A DNA stretch of 63,999 nucleotides, counting the filler, from Planctomycetota bacterium (GTDB taxonomy: Bacteria; Planctomycetota; Planctomycetia; JALXBF01), in assembly GCA_026991575.1 (NCBI GenBank). It is 7 parts of 7 records of this genome, joined end to end, with 100 filler letters (N's around TTAATTAATTAA, not from the genome) between each part and the next. Parts side by side here need not be neighbours in the genome. Positions count along the whole stretch, not along the records: positions 23,403 to 46,450 come from JALXBF010000051.1; 6 more parts are not named here. One strand, written 5' to 3'. Position 1 is the stretch's first letter. Each line of letters starts with the position of its first letter. Shown here in pieces: positions 32,101 through 42,144 of this stretch. Position numbers and translations under genes: made by a program. The notes below the pieces were generated by a model, which saw only the letters and a program-made list of their open reading frames with translations, was not told the DNA's origin and made no database searches.

Positions 32101-32137
32101 ACGCGTCGCGACGTGCAGGTGTCAGTTCGGTGGGCAT
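29135..32137 (-). CDS. FAD-linked oxidase fused to Fe-S/CCG domains (YdiJ/GlcD-GlcF-like)
   Basis: YATDASIY, RGAGTSLSGQ, GHASVGCLH, SGEHGDG, LLNPGK, CLMCKGCKAECP, HGHCHQ and CCGMAG motifs. Confidence 0.92.
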   Translation of the reverse strand: MPTELTPARRDALIRWLRSELRGEVRFDRTSRLLYATDASIYQIEPLGVVLPRDRDDVEKLVRIAADQDLPLLPRGAGTSLSGQAIGRAIVVDFSKYMNRILSYDPARQTVRVQPGVVLDQLNRFLANYGVEFGPDVATSSRATLGGMIGNNSAGARSVVYGKTIDHVVELSVLFSDGSAATLAPLSAQEWQQLHQAPGREGEVCRAVERILRDCRDEIRRRFPRVLRRVSGYNLDEMLRAQQIADGVPPQQTYPFSLPPRMPLPDPHQPWNLARLVVGSEGTLAIVTDALLRVHRRPALRVLLLLAFEELIAALDAVGPLLETGPSAIECLDRLLLQLAEQNTDAARYRALIPGEPDAVLVVEYSGESEAELLARCQDALRRAAEGRWSAHRLVTQPGEVDAVWALRKKGVALLYSMPGGRKPIGFVEDTAVEPARLGEFVRRFRSILRRHGVEGSFYGHASVGCLHIRPLLDLRQPKHVEIMRQIAREVVELVLEFEGALSGEHGDGLARSEFNRVVFGDRLYEAFRTIKRAFDPASLLNPGKIVDAPAMTEHLRPFASGPNTAAAGGTLVEPTFRHRTHDGFAETIDSCMGAAVCRKLTGTMCPSYMVTLEEMHSTRGRANLLRAALAGLDVDEEALLEALDLCLMCKGCKAECPANVDMALLKTEYLHDYYRRHRRPILDYAVAYAGRLNRLAALAPRLVNFLTGRDWFRGLLEWAVGIDRRRPLPRLARHSFRNWYAANRRRLQMPPGSSDNRPIYLLADCFSTYYEPHVLGMLARLLHTVGYPVHLAPLRCCGRTFLSKGMLDEFRSLARTNVQGLSQIRRQGGVVVGVEPSCVLTFRDEYTELPIAEGREQLLRETVLLAEEFLLSVLDRMRLKLAPSNHEVLIHGHCHQKAAGLADLAQRLLQQVPGLVVELLDTGCCGMAGFFGYERRHYEISVAIARRDLLKKLTRRPGAILAAGGFSCRSQVRDLTDRTVLHPVELFCLAAGIGHSDTL

Positions 32138-32306
32138 CGCGCACTCCCGCCCGCCCTTGCAGGGTCGTTCATTGTACTGCCCGGTGCCATCCAGCACCGT
32201 CCGCTGTGGGCTCGGACCGGTGCGGGCGGGACCGATGCCGCACGCTCGTAGAATCAACGTCCGGCGTGCCACTTGGTGAACTGAACAGCAGCAGGGAGAC
32301 GGAGCC

Positions 32307-33413
32307 GTGGCATACAAGATCGCTGTGATCCCGGGAGATGGCACCGGTCCGGAGGTAGTTCGTGAAGGGCTGAAGGTGCTGGAAGCAGTCGCTAAGCTGG
32401 AGGGGTTTGAGTACGAGCTGATCGAGTATCCATTGGGGGGGGATTACTACCTGAAGACCGGCGAGGTGCTGCCGGACAAGGTGCTTGACGAACTGCGTCA
32501 GGTGGATGCGATCTACCTGGGTGCGGTCGGTCATCCGGACGTGCCGCCTGGGATTCTGGAGCGGGGACTGCTGCTGAGAATCCGGTTTGAACTGGATCAG
32601 TACATCAACTTGCGGCCCGTAAAGCTATATCCAGGGGTTGAGACGCCGTTGAAGGACAAGGGGCCGGAGGATATCGATTTCGTGGTGGTGCGTGAGAACA
32701 CGGAGGACCTGTATGCTGGCACCGGCGGCACGCTCCGCGAAGGAACCCCCGATGAGGTGGCGATCCAGACTTCGGTGAACACGCGCAAGGGCGTGGAACG
32801 CTGCCTGCGCTGGGCGTTCGAGTACTGTCGCAAACGGCACGCCAACGGGCCATGGCCGCGGCTGAGCGAGGAGGAAAAGGCGGCCGGCAAGATCGGCCGG
32901 CTGACGCTGGTGGGCAAGACGAACGTGCTCACGTATGCCAGCGGGCTGTGGTATCGGGTGTTTCAGGAAGTCGCTGCGGACTACCCGGACATTGCCACGG
33001 ATTACAACCACGTCGACGCCTGCTGCATGTGGATGGTGAAGAATCCCGAGTGGTACGACGTGATTGTGACGTCGAACATGTTCGGCGACATCATTACCGA
33101 CCTGGGTGCGATTATTCAGGGAGGCTTGGGCGTCGCGGCCGGCGCGAACATCAACCCTGAAGGGGTAAGCATGTTCGAGCCGATGGGCGGGTCGGCTCCA
33201 AAGTACACGGGCAAGGGGGTGATCAATCCGATCGCCGCGATTGCCGCGTTGAGCATGTTGCTGGAGCAGATCGGGGAAGTGGCGGCGGCGCGGCGGGTCG
33301 AACGGGCCATTCAGTCGGTAACAGGCACCAAGCTAAAGAGCATGGCAGCGGGCAGGATGGGCTACTCAACCTCGGAAGTTGGCGACCTGGTGGTGGCAGC
33401 GCTGAGCGAGTAG
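32307..33413 (+). CDS. leuB: 3-isopropylmalate dehydrogenase
   Basis: [38 protein letters not shown] and FEPMGGSAP motifs. Confidence 0.9.
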   Translation: MAYKIAVIPGDGTGPEVVREGLKVLEAVAKLEGFEYELIEYPLGGDYYLKTGEVLPDKVLDELRQVDAIYLGAVGHPDVPPGILERGLLLRIRFELDQYINLRPVKLYPGVETPLKDKGPEDIDFVVVRENTEDLYAGTGGTLREGTPDEVAIQTSVNTRKGVERCLRWAFEYCRKRHANGPWPRLSEEEKAAGKIGRLTLVGKTNVLTYASGLWYRVFQEVAADYPDIATDYNHVDACCMWMVKNPEWYDVIVTSNMFGDIITDLGAIIQGGLGVAAGANINPEGVSMFEPMGGSAPKYTGKGVINPIAAIAALSMLLEQIGEVAAARRVERAIQSVTGTKLKSMAAGRMGYSTSEVGDLVVAALSE

Positions 33414-33608
33414 CCGGGGCCAAACCCGACCGGTGACGGCAACGGTTGCGGCCGTTAGCGTTTTCCGTAACGGGTAGGTACCCGATCACTGGTGCGTCGG
33501 ACCGGGCGACTGAGCACGCCCTCCGATGGCGACGATGGCGGTGACCAGCAAGGGCATTGTGTGATCAGGCCCACCAGGGCGATACTGCACCCGGTAGCCG
33601 CTGGCCGT

Positions 33609-34106
33609 TCAAGCGGACTGCTGAGATTGAGATGAGTTCTGGCGGAGCCATTCCGGCACGCGCATGTACTCGTGTTCGATCCGCTCGATCTTGCCGATGC
33701 GGCGAGCGTGGCGGCCTCCGTCGAAAGGCGTCTTCAGCCAGATGTCGATCATGCGGTCAATGAGCCGCTGGCCCAGCAGGTCGGCGGATAGACAGAGCAC
33801 GTTCGTGTCGTTATGCCTGCGGCTCAGCTCGGCGGTCACATCGTCGTGGCAGGGGGCTGCGCGTACCCCCGGTACCTTGTTGGCGACGATGCACATGCCG
33901 ATGCCCGTGCCGCAGATTAAGATCCCCCGTTCACACTCGCCCGAAGCGACCGCTCGCGCCACTGCCAGAGCGTAGTCCGGGTAGTCGACGGGCGAGTTGG
34001 CGTGCGGGCCAAAGTCGAGCACTTCATGGCCGTTGCGCTGAAGCAACTCGACCACACGACGCTTCACACTCAGCCCGCGATGATCACTCGCCACGGCAAT
34101 TCTCAT
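33609..34106 (-). CDS. rpiB: Ribose-5-phosphate isomerase B
   Basis: ASDHRG, VDYPD, ICGTGIGM, ANKVPGVRA, RRHND and FDGGRHARR motifs. Confidence 0.96.
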   Translation of the reverse strand: MRIAVASDHRGLSVKRRVVELLQRNGHEVLDFGPHANSPVDYPDYALAVARAVASGECERGILICGTGIGMCIVANKVPGVRAAPCHDDVTAELSRRHNDTNVLCLSADLLGQRLIDRMIDIWLKTPFDGGRHARRIGKIERIEHEYMRVPEWLRQNSSQSQQSA

Positions 34107-35221
34107 GGAACCAGCTCTCTCAGAAGCACCCGCAAGCTCTCCTCAATCTGCGCGGCACAGCGGCGATACACGTCCAAGCTGCCACCGATCGGATCGGCAA
34201 CCGCGCCGCCATCGGGCCGCATTAGCCGGCATCGGTCCGCCACATCCGGCGCCATGTGCAGCACGGCTTCCATGTGATGAGGCGTCATGCAAACGATCAA
34301 GTCCGCCTGACGTAGCATCGGGCCTGTCACATACCGGGCCACATGGCCACTGAGGTCTGCGCCCCGTTCCCGCACCACCTCCACAGCCTCCGGCGTCGAC
34401 GGCGCACCTTCCAGCGCAGCGATTCCCGCCGACAACACCTCAAAGCCGCGATCCGGTAACTCTTCGGGCCGGCACCCCAACCGCTCAGCCAACATCTTCC
34501 GGCACAGTGCCTCCGCCATCGGACTCCGACACGTGTTTCCCGTACACACGAACAAGATCACAAACCGCGCCAGCCGACGAACCACCGTCTCATTGATCAC
34601 GCCTTCACGCAGTACCCGCAGCTCGCCATCGCTAACAAACACGACCGTGGATGCTTCGCCATAACGGCAACGCCCGTCGTCGATGATCAGGTCGAGCCGT
34701 TCACCAAGTTGCTCAACCACCTGCTCGCCACTGACCGCGGGCGGTCTACCCGACAGGTTCGCGCTCGTAAGCGCGATCGGCGCGGGCAGATACCGTAGCA
34801 CCTCCAAGACGCCCATATGAGCTGGCACACGCAGACCAACAGTTCCTTCCGGGCACACGCGGCGTCGTACCCGCTCGTCCAACCGCTCAACCAGGCTGTC
34901 GCGTCCGGTCTGAAAGACGAGCGTGATCGGGCCAGGCCAACACCGCCGCATGAGCCGCCGTCCCAAAGCCGAGGCTCGCGGTACCCAGTCCAGCGCCTCA
35001 TCCGCCCCCTTCACCGCCAGCGCAAACGGCTTGCCCTCATCCCTGCCCTTCACATGAACCAACCGCTCAACCGCCTCCGGGACCAGCACCGACGCCGCGA
35101 TCCCGTAGACCGTCTCGGTCGGCAACGCGACAACGCCGCCCTGGGCCAGGCACTCCACGACCCGGTGGACGATGTCACTCGGCTCTTCCGAGGCCCTCCA
35201 GTCCAGGACCTCAGCACTCAT
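34103..35221 (-). CDS. Fusion: Sua5/TsaC threonylcarbamoyl-AMP synthase + low-molecular-weight protein phosphatase (YwlE-like)
   Basis: N-terminal PTETVYG, KGR, WPGPIT and TSANLSG; C-terminal FVCTGNTCRSPMAE and DPIGG. Confidence 0.92.
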   Translation of the reverse strand: MSAEVLDWRASEEPSDIVHRVVECLAQGGVVALPTETVYGIAASVLVPEAVERLVHVKGRDEGKPFALAVKGADEALDWVPRASALGRRLMRRCWPGPITLVFQTGRDSLVERLDERVRRRVCPEGTVGLRVPAHMGVLEVLRYLPAPIALTSANLSGRPPAVSGEQVVEQLGERLDLIIDDGRCRYGEASTVVFVSDGELRVLREGVINETVVRRLARFVILFVCTGNTCRSPMAEALCRKMLAERLGCRPEELPDRGFEVLSAGIAALEGAPSTPEAVEVVRERGADLSGHVARYVTGPMLRQADLIVCMTPHHMEAVLHMAPDVADRCRLMRPDGGAVADPIGGSLDVYRRCAAQIEESLRVLLRELVP

Positions 35222-35718
35222 TCGGCTCTTCCTCCGACTAACCCCTGCGGCTCCGTTGCGCCAGCACTAAACCATTATTGCTATTGGTTTGAATTCCAAT
35301 CGCAGCAGCACACTCAGCCCGGGGCACTACCGCACGGATGTCCGTTCAGACCGGAAGGCCAAAGGACGTGCGTGCCTGAGGCCACGGAGAGGCTGCCAGT
35401 GCCGCCCGAAAGTGCCGTCTCGACTATAGCCGGTGCCGAAGCACCGCGTCAAGCACCGGCGACAACTCCTGCTCAGCTCAGGCCTTGTGAACGCAATGCC
35501 AGGTCCCGTCGCCAGCAGGCAGGGCGGAGATCCGATGGACGGCGTGCTCCCAGACGCGCCTCGCCGCGGGGGCTCAGCCCGCGTAGGCCCGGTGAGCAAT
35601 CAAAGGCTCATCCCCCTGCCCGCCAGCTAGGTTGACGAGCGGCTCCGTGTACCGCCGCGCGTTTCTTGTTTCCTCCGGACGCCCCGGCTCAGCCCCTCCG
35701 ACATAACCACTACCACTC

Positions 35719-36576
35719 CTAGGGCTCTCGCTTCGCGCCCGAGCACGATCGCCGCACCCCACTCGAACCCTCCCGCGCTGCCCTGGCCATCTCTTCCACG
35801 TACGCCCCCACCTCCGCTACAAGCTCCTCCAGCGGCCGGTCCGCCCGCTCCGCCACACGGCGCACGATCGCCGATCCGACAATCACTCCGTCGGCGATCC
35901 CGGCCAGCTCACGCACTTGATCGGGCCGGCTCACGCCAAACCCCACGCAGATCGGCAAATCCGTGACCTGTCTCAGCCGCTGTACCCGCTCCGTAACCGT
36001 GTCTGCCAGTTTCTGCCGTTCGCCCGTGATGCCGGTAACGGAGACGTAGTAGACAAAGCCGCTACAGCGGGCGAGGATCTGGCGAATCCGCCGATCGGGC
36101 GTCGTCGGCGTGACGAGCTGAATCAGCTTCAGCCCTACGCGGTTACAGTGCTCAAACAGCTCAGCCGCCTCATCGGCCGGCAGATCTGGAACGATCAACC
36201 CGGAGAACCCCGCATCGGCCGCTTCGGCGGCGAATCGTGCCGGGCCACGGCGGTAGACGATCGAATACGAGACCATGGCTACCAGCGGACAGCGGCACTG
36301 TGCCCCGGCGTCCGCCACGGTGGCCAGCACGTCCGCCACTTTGATCCCTGAGGCCAGCGTCCGCGTGTAGGCGGCCTGAATCGTCGGGCCATCGGCGATG
36401 GGGTCACTGTACGGGAAGCCGATCTCGATGAGCGATGCCCCCCGTCGGCTCAGCTCGATCAATAACCTGCCGGTCGCCGCCAAGGAAGGGTCACCGGCCA
36501 CGATGAACGGCATGAACACGCACTGCCCGGCGGCTCGTGCCTCGGCAAACACCTTGTCGATCGGGTTGGCTGTCAT
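35719..36576 (-). CDS. trpA: Tryptophan synthase alpha chain
   Basis: EIGFPYSDPIADGPTIQ, IVPDLP, YYVSVTGITG, VGFGVS and DGVIVGSA motifs. Confidence 0.97.
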   Translation of the reverse strand: MTANPIDKVFAEARAAGQCVFMPFIVAGDPSLAATGRLLIELSRRGASLIEIGFPYSDPIADGPTIQAAYTRTLASGIKVADVLATVADAGAQCRCPLVAMVSYSIVYRRGPARFAAEAADAGFSGLIVPDLPADEAAELFEHCNRVGLKLIQLVTPTTPDRRIRQILARCSGFVYYVSVTGITGERQKLADTVTERVQRLRQVTDLPICVGFGVSRPDQVRELAGIADGVIVGSAIVRRVAERADRPLEELVAEVGAYVEEMARAAREGSSGVRRSCSGAKREP

Positions 36577-36640
36577 TGGACGGCAATCCGCTTCACGTAC
36601 GCGGGAGCACCCCGTATCGTGCCACGACTCGGCCTGGCCG

Positions 36641-37852
36641 CTATGGCACGTGCATTCCGAGCAGCCGAGCCACTTCGGCCGTGTCCTTGTCCCCCCTGCC
36701 CGACAGACAGACGACCAGGATCTGATCCGGCCGCAGCTGTGGTGCCAGTTTGAAGGCGTACGCCAGGGCATGTGCCGATTCCAATGCAGGCAGGATCCCT
36801 TCGAGCCTGGCGCACGTCCTGAACGCTTCGAGTGCCTGCTGATCGGTGACCTGCGTGTACTCGACGCGACCGGTCTCCTTCCATAGCGCATGTTCAGGGC
36901 CGACGCCGGGGTAGTCGAGCCCGGCTGAGGCTGAGTGTACCGGCAACGTCTGACCATCCTCATCCTGCATGACGTAGCTGAACGTGCCGTGGAGAATGCC
37001 GGGCCGACCAAAGCATAGCGTAGCTGCGTGCTGGCCGGGTTCTGGTCCGGTGCCCCCGGCTTCGACCCCGATCAATCTCACCCCCTCATCGTCAATGAAC
37101 GGATAGAACATCCCTGCCGCATTGCTGCCGCCCCCGACGCAAGCAACGATCACGTCGGGCAGACGGCCGAACCGTTCCAGCGACTGCTGGCGGGTTTCCC
37201 TACCGATGACACTCTGGAAGTCGCGCACGATGCGCGGGAACGGGTGAGGGCCTACGACTGAGCCGAGGATGTAGTGGGTTGTTTCCACGGACGCCATCCA
37301 GTCGCGAAGCGCTTCGTTGATCGCGTCACGCAACGTGCGCGAACCGCTGTGAACCGGAACGACCTTCGCGCCAAGGTTCTGCATGTTGAAGACGTTCAGC
37401 TTCTGGCGGCGAACGTCCTCCGCCCCCATGTAGATGACACACTCCAGCCCGAAGAGCGCGCAGGCGGTGGCTGTGGCCACTCCATGCTGACCGGCACCCG
37501 TCTCAGCAATCACCCGTCGCTTGCCCATGCGGACCGTCAGCAGCGCCTGGCCAACGGTGTTGTTGATTTTGTGGGCGCCGGTGTGATTCATGTCTTCACG
37601 CTTCAGGTAGATCTGCGCGCCGCCGAAGTGCTCGCTCAGCCGACGCGCGTGGTACAGACGACTGGGCCGGCCGACGAATTCGCGTAGGTACCCGTCCAGC
37701 TCGCGCCGGAACCCCTCGTCCCGGCACGCCTCCTCGTAGGCCTCCGCCAGCTCGTCCAGCGCCCGGATCAGCGTCTCCGGCACGTAGCGGCCACCGTAGG
37801 GACCGAATCTGCCGCGTTCGTCAGGGAAGGTGCTCAGCAGCCGTTCTGACAT
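36641..37852 (-). CDS. trpB: Tryptophan synthase beta chain
   Basis: [45 protein letters not shown] and LSGRGDKD motifs. Confidence 0.98.
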   Translation of the reverse strand: MSERLLSTFPDERGRFGPYGGRYVPETLIRALDELAEAYEEACRDEGFRRELDGYLREFVGRPSRLYHARRLSEHFGGAQIYLKREDMNHTGAHKINNTVGQALLTVRMGKRRVIAETGAGQHGVATATACALFGLECVIYMGAEDVRRQKLNVFNMQNLGAKVVPVHSGSRTLRDAINEALRDWMASVETTHYILGSVVGPHPFPRIVRDFQSVIGRETRQQSLERFGRLPDVIVACVGGGSNAAGMFYPFIDDEGVRLIGVEAGGTGPEPGQHAATLCFGRPGILHGTFSYVMQDEDGQTLPVHSASAGLDYPGVGPEHALWKETGRVEYTQVTDQQALEAFRTCARLEGILPALESAHALAYAFKLAPQLRPDQILVVCLSGRGDKDTAEVARLLGMHVP

Positions 37853-37956
37853 TGGGGTAACCTGATAAGGTATGAGCGAATCGGCAGGTCACCAATTCTA
37901 CTGATGTTCCGGCTCGCAGCACTGCACCAGCGCGCCGGGAACCGAAGCAGAGGGAG

Positions 37957-40900
37957 GTGCCGATGGATAGTCGCGGCGACTGCCCCACGAAAGCCACGCT
38001 GCATGAGTACGTGCTCGGCAAGCTCACCGAAGCTGAATCGAACAGCATCACCGAGCACCTGGGTAACTGCGACCGCTGTCGCACCGAACTGTCGCTGCTG
38101 AGCAGCCACAGCGAGCCAACCGTCGAATCCCCCACCCGACCGCTCACCGAACGGGTCGTCGCGCCGGAACAGGCACCGCCGGAGCCACCTGCAGGGTACG
38201 CGATCGAAGGGGAGCTGGCCCGTGGGGGCATGGGCATCATCTACCGGGCGCAGGACCTGAGGCTGTTCCGGACGGTTGCGATCAAGGTGCTTCGGCCCGA
38301 TCTGGCGGATTCCCCGGCGCTGGTGCAACGGTTTCTGATGGAAGCGCATATCACGGCCCGGCTCCAGCATCCGGCCGTGCCGTCGATTTACGAACTGGGC
38401 ACTCTGCCGGACGGCCGACCCTACCTTGCGATGCGGCTGATCGAGGGCCAGACGTTGAGCCGGCTGCTGCGTCGCGGTGACGCTGATGGTGAGTCGCGCG
38501 GCGGCGATAACCAGGATGACAACGGCGGCGATCGGTTGTGGCATCGCCTGGCGGTCTTTGAGCAAGTCTGCCATGCCATCGCCTACGCACATTCGCAAGG
38601 GGTTATCCACCGCGATCTGAAGCCGTCGAACGTGATGGTCGGGCGTTTCGGCGAAGTCCAGGTCATGGACTGGGGCCTGGCTAAGGTGGTGCGGTGGGAT
38701 GAGGAGCCACCGTCGGTCATCGCAGCCACGAGTGGCAGCACGGTGGAGGCGCCGGCCGTGGACCAGGTGACCCTTTCGGGCACGGCCGTGGGGACTCCGG
38801 AGTACATGCCGCCGGAACAAGCCCGTGGCGACGTCGAGGCCATGGATGAACGCAGTGACGTCTTCGGCCTCGGTGCCATGTTGCTACACATCCTCACGGG
38901 ACGTCCCCCTTACCTGGCGGCCAGTCGCCAGGAGACGCTGCGCAAGGCCCGTGAGGCGGACCTGAGCGAAGCATGGCAGGCACTCGATGCATGCCGCGCC
39001 GGCGCGGAGCTGGTCGCCCTCTGCCGCCGCTGCCTGGCACCCGATCCCGCCAACCGTCCCCAAACCGCTGCCGAGGTGGCCGATGAGATTGCCCGCATTC
39101 GTGCCGACGCCGAGCGGCGTGCGCGTCAAGCCGAGCTCGCGCGCGAACGGGCAGCCGTGCTTGCGGAACAGGAGCGCAAGCGGCGCAGGCTCATCGCCGT
39201 CGCCCTGCTGGCCGTCATTGCCGTGCTCACGGCCGGAGTGGCCGGCACGACGTGGGGCTGGCTTGCCGCGGTCCGCGCCCGCCAACTCGCCGCCCATCGG
39301 GCCGTGCGTGAAGCGGCCGCCCGGAAAGCGGCCGAAGAAGCCCGAGCCCTCGCCGAAAAACGCCTCCAGCAACTGGCCAACAGCAATCAGATCCTCCTGC
39401 AGATCTTCGAGGACATCGACCTGCGACAAATCAGACGTAGCGGGCAACCGCTGGAGACGGTGCTCGGCCAGCGCCTGGCACTCGCAGCCGATCAGCTCCG
39501 GGGCGAAACCGTCGGCGATCCGGTGCTGGTAGCCAGGATGCAGCATCGGTTGGCCGACACCCTTGTCTCGCTGGGCTTCCTCGACCGCGCCGAACCGATC
39601 CTGCGCCAAGCTCTCGACACGCTCCGCCAAGAACGCGGCGCCAACCATCCCGACACGCGCGCGGCCCGCTTTAGTCTCGCGGCCCTGCTCCTGGCCAAGG
39701 CAGCCTACGACGAAGCCGCCCAGCTGCTCGAAGAATTGCTCGCCGAGCCCGCAACCGACGACCCTCCCGGCTTCGGGTCCGCCGTGCGTGAGCAGCTGGC
39801 CCACTGCTATCGGCGCATGGGGCGACTGGATGAGGCGATCGACATCTTTGAAGAGGTCGTCGCCGAACGGTCGCGCCGGCTGGGCATACAGGACATCGAA
39901 ACGCTTCGTGCCATGCACTCTCTGGCCATCGCATACCGTGAACTCGGTCGCGCACAGGACGCGGTCCGCTTGCTGGAACAGGTGCTACCGGTCTTCGCCA
40001 GCGAGCTCGGCCCGAACCACCCCGACACGGTCGATGCGGTCAACGAGCTGGCCGGACTGTACCGCCGGACCGGACAAGTCGACAAAGCGATCGAGCTGTA
40101 CGAGACTTACCTGGCTAAGATCAGGCAGCGCGTCGGTGAGGATCATCCTGACGTGCTGGCTCTAAGCAACAACTTAGCCCTTGCCTACGGCGACCGGGGC
40201 CAGTATGACCGAGCGATCGAACTGTTGAAAAGGGTACTAGCCCGCAGCGAACCGCGGTTCGGACCGGACCATCCGGAAGTCCTCGCCGCGCGCCAGAACC
40301 TTGCCTCCGCCTACGCTCAGACCGGCCGGGCCGACCAGGCTGTACCCATCCTGGAAGACGTCGTGGAGCGTAAGAAGCGAGTACTTGGCTCCGAGCACCC
40401 AAGCACGCTGCGTGCAATCAACCAGTTAGCCCTGGCCTATTCGCGGAGCGGCAGGCGGGCCGAGGCGGTGCGTTGCTATGAGGAGGGCTACCGGCAAGCC
40501 ATCAACGCCCTCGGCAACGATCACCCAGTAACCGTCTTGCTGGCGACGAACCTTGCGCACACCTACCTGCAGATCGGACGCCTGGACGATGGCTTGCGGC
40601 TTCTGGAGCAGGTGATCGCCTGGCGGAAACAGCACGAAGGCCTCGGCCACCGGGACACGATTCGGACGCTGACGCTGTACGGGGCGCTGCTGCAACAAGC
40701 GAAGCGGCTGCCTGAGGCGGAGCGAGCGTTCCGGGAGGCGTTGCAGGGGGCGCGGGAGCTTTGGGGTGACGAGCACGTGAACACCCTGCAGATCCAACGA
40801 AATGTAGCCGTGACGCGGTTCCTGCAAGGCGCAGCCGACGAGGCAATCTCGCTTTTCGAAGAAACGCTCCGCGGGCTCGAGAAGGCCGTCGGACCAAACG

Positions 40901-41304
40901 ATCGCCGCACACTTGACCTGATGGATAACCTCGCAGCCGCCTACCGCGCGGTCAACCGGATCGAGGAAGCGACCGAAACGTACCGGAAGCTCCTGGAACG
41001 ACGCAGCCGGGCCTTGGGACCAAACGACCCACAAACCCAACTGACCGCCGTGATGCTGGCAGCCACCTTGCGCGCGGCAGGCGAGCCTAACGAGGCCATC
41101 GAACTGCTGGAGCCGATCGTCAGGAACACACAGCTCGCACCTCGGGTTCGACGGCTGGCAGTCCGTGTACTGTCAGCAGCCTACAAGGACGTGGGCCGTA
41201 CCGCCGACGCGAGGAGACTCTCAGAGGAACCCGGCGGCAGGCCTGCTGAGCAGCAGTCTGCTGACACACCGCGGGAGGAGAACATCGAGGAGACGCAACC
41301 GTGA
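37957..41304 (+). CDS. Ser/Thr protein kinase with N-terminal zf-HC2-like motif, TM helix and TPR repeats
   Basis: HLGNCDRC; kinase motifs GGMG, VAIK, HRDLKPSN, DWGLAK and GTPEYMPPEQ; about a dozen 42-aa repeats of the G.xHP.T...NLA type. Confidence 0.93.
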   Translation: MPMDSRGDCPTKATLHEYVLGKLTEAESNSITEHLGNCDRCRTELSLLSSHSEPTVESPTRPLTERVVAPEQAPPEPPAGYAIEGELARGGMGIIYRAQDLRLFRTVAIKVLRPDLADSPALVQRFLMEAHITARLQHPAVPSIYELGTLPDGRPYLAMRLIEGQTLSRLLRRGDADGESRGGDNQDDNGGDRLWHRLAVFEQVCHAIAYAHSQGVIHRDLKPSNVMVGRFGEVQVMDWGLAKVVRWDEEPPSVIAATSGSTVEAPAVDQVTLSGTAVGTPEYMPPEQARGDVEAMDERSDVFGLGAMLLHILTGRPPYLAASRQETLRKAREADLSEAWQALDACRAGAELVALCRRCLAPDPANRPQTAAEVADEIARIRADAERRARQAELARERAAVLAEQERKRRRLIAVALLAVIAVLTAGVAGTTWGWLAAVRARQLAAHRAVREAAARKAAEEARALAEKRLQQLANSNQILLQIFEDIDLRQIRRSGQPLETVLGQRLALAADQLRGETVGDPVLVARMQHRLADTLVSLGFLDRAEPILRQALDTLRQERGANHPDTRAARFSLAALLLAKAAYDEAAQLLEELLAEPATDDPPGFGSAVREQLAHCYRRMGRLDEAIDIFEEVVAERSRRLGIQDIETLRAMHSLAIAYRELGRAQDAVRLLEQVLPVFASELGPNHPDTVDAVNELAGLYRRTGQVDKAIELYETYLAKIRQRVGEDHPDVLALSNNLALAYGDRGQYDRAIELLKRVLARSEPRFGPDHPEVLAARQNLASAYAQTGRADQAVPILEDVVERKKRVLGSEHPSTLRAINQLALAYSRSGRRAEAVRCYEEGYRQAINALGNDHPVTVLLATNLAHTYLQIGRLDDGLRLLEQVIAWRKQHEGLGHRDTIRTLTLYGALLQQAKRLPEAERAFREALQGARELWGDEHVNTLQIQRNVAVTRFLQGAADEAISLFEETLRGLEKAVGPNDRRTLDLMDNLAAAYRAVNRIEEATETYRKLLERRSRALGPNDPQTQLTAVMLAATLRAAGEPNEAIELLEPIVRNTQLAPRVRRLAVRVLSAAYKDVGRTADARRLSEEPGGRPAEQQSADTPREENIEETQP

Positions 41305-42083
41305 CCGGACAGCAACTGAAGTTGCCGATCCGCCTGGTCCCGCGCCGGCTCTGGGCCACCGAGGCGCAGCTCGACATTCAGCTTGAGCTGCCGGCGTCGA
41401 ATGATTGCGTGCACTCCCCCCCTTCCGTTCGCCTGATCGGGCCGTACTGGTCGGGCCGACGCACGGTCGCCAGCGTCTACACGGCTACGCTCACCGAAAG
41501 GCGGGGCCGGTGGCTGACCTATCGAGCCGTTGTTACCGAACCGTGCTACTGGAGTCCGGCCGAGCCGTACCGGTATTGCCTCCAGGTGGCCAGAGGCTCA
41601 GGCACCGGCATCGACACGTTGTTGGGTCAGGCCATGGTCGGGCTCCGTCATCTGGCGATTGGGGGGAATGGTTTCTTGTTGACTGGCCGACGGTGGCAGC
41701 CGCGGGCCTGCTACGTGGCCGGGCCGGTCGCAAGTGCGGAGGAGATCGACCGGATGAAAGCTCATGGCTGGGAGCTGGTGGTCGGACGGGTAACGGCGGT
41801 GGCGGCTGATCGAGCCGCGGAGCTTGGCGTGGCGCTGTTTGCTGTGGTCGGGCCAGAGGAAGCGGCGGCAGCGATCGGTGAGTTGAGCGATGTGGCTGCC
41901 GTGCTGGCCTGGGTCGCCACGTCCGAAGCGGCAGCCGCGGTGCTACACCGCCACGATCCGGTTCGATTGATCGGCTGCGTTAGCACGCAGCCTGTTGCGG
42001 GAGCGGCTTTTCAGATCGTTCTACCCGAGGCCACGCTGGCCGACCCGTCGATGCCGACACTTCGTGTTGAAGAGCTGCGTTGA
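41301..42083 (+). CDS. Hypothetical protein resembling a truncated GH2-like Ig/TIM segment
   Basis: EPCYWSPAEPYRY and VGLRHLAIGGNGFLLTGRR resemble the GH2 P.LWS.E.P.LY and GFR....FLLNG motifs; GTGA overlap with the kinase. Confidence 0.6.
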   Translation: MTGQQLKLPIRLVPRRLWATEAQLDIQLELPASNDCVHSPPSVRLIGPYWSGRRTVASVYTATLTERRGRWLTYRAVVTEPCYWSPAEPYRYCLQVARGSGTGIDTLLGQAMVGLRHLAIGGNGFLLTGRRWQPRACYVAGPVASAEEIDRMKAHGWELVVGRVTAVAADRAAELGVALFAVVGPEEAAAAIGELSDVAAVLAWVATSEAAAAVLHRHDPVRLIGCVSTQPVAGAAFQIVLPEATLADPSMPTLRVEELR

Positions 42084-42144
42084 TCGATGGGCGAGGGTGG
42101 CTCACCGGCAAGAGGGGGCGCCCCGACGCCGCTGGTTTTCGGCG

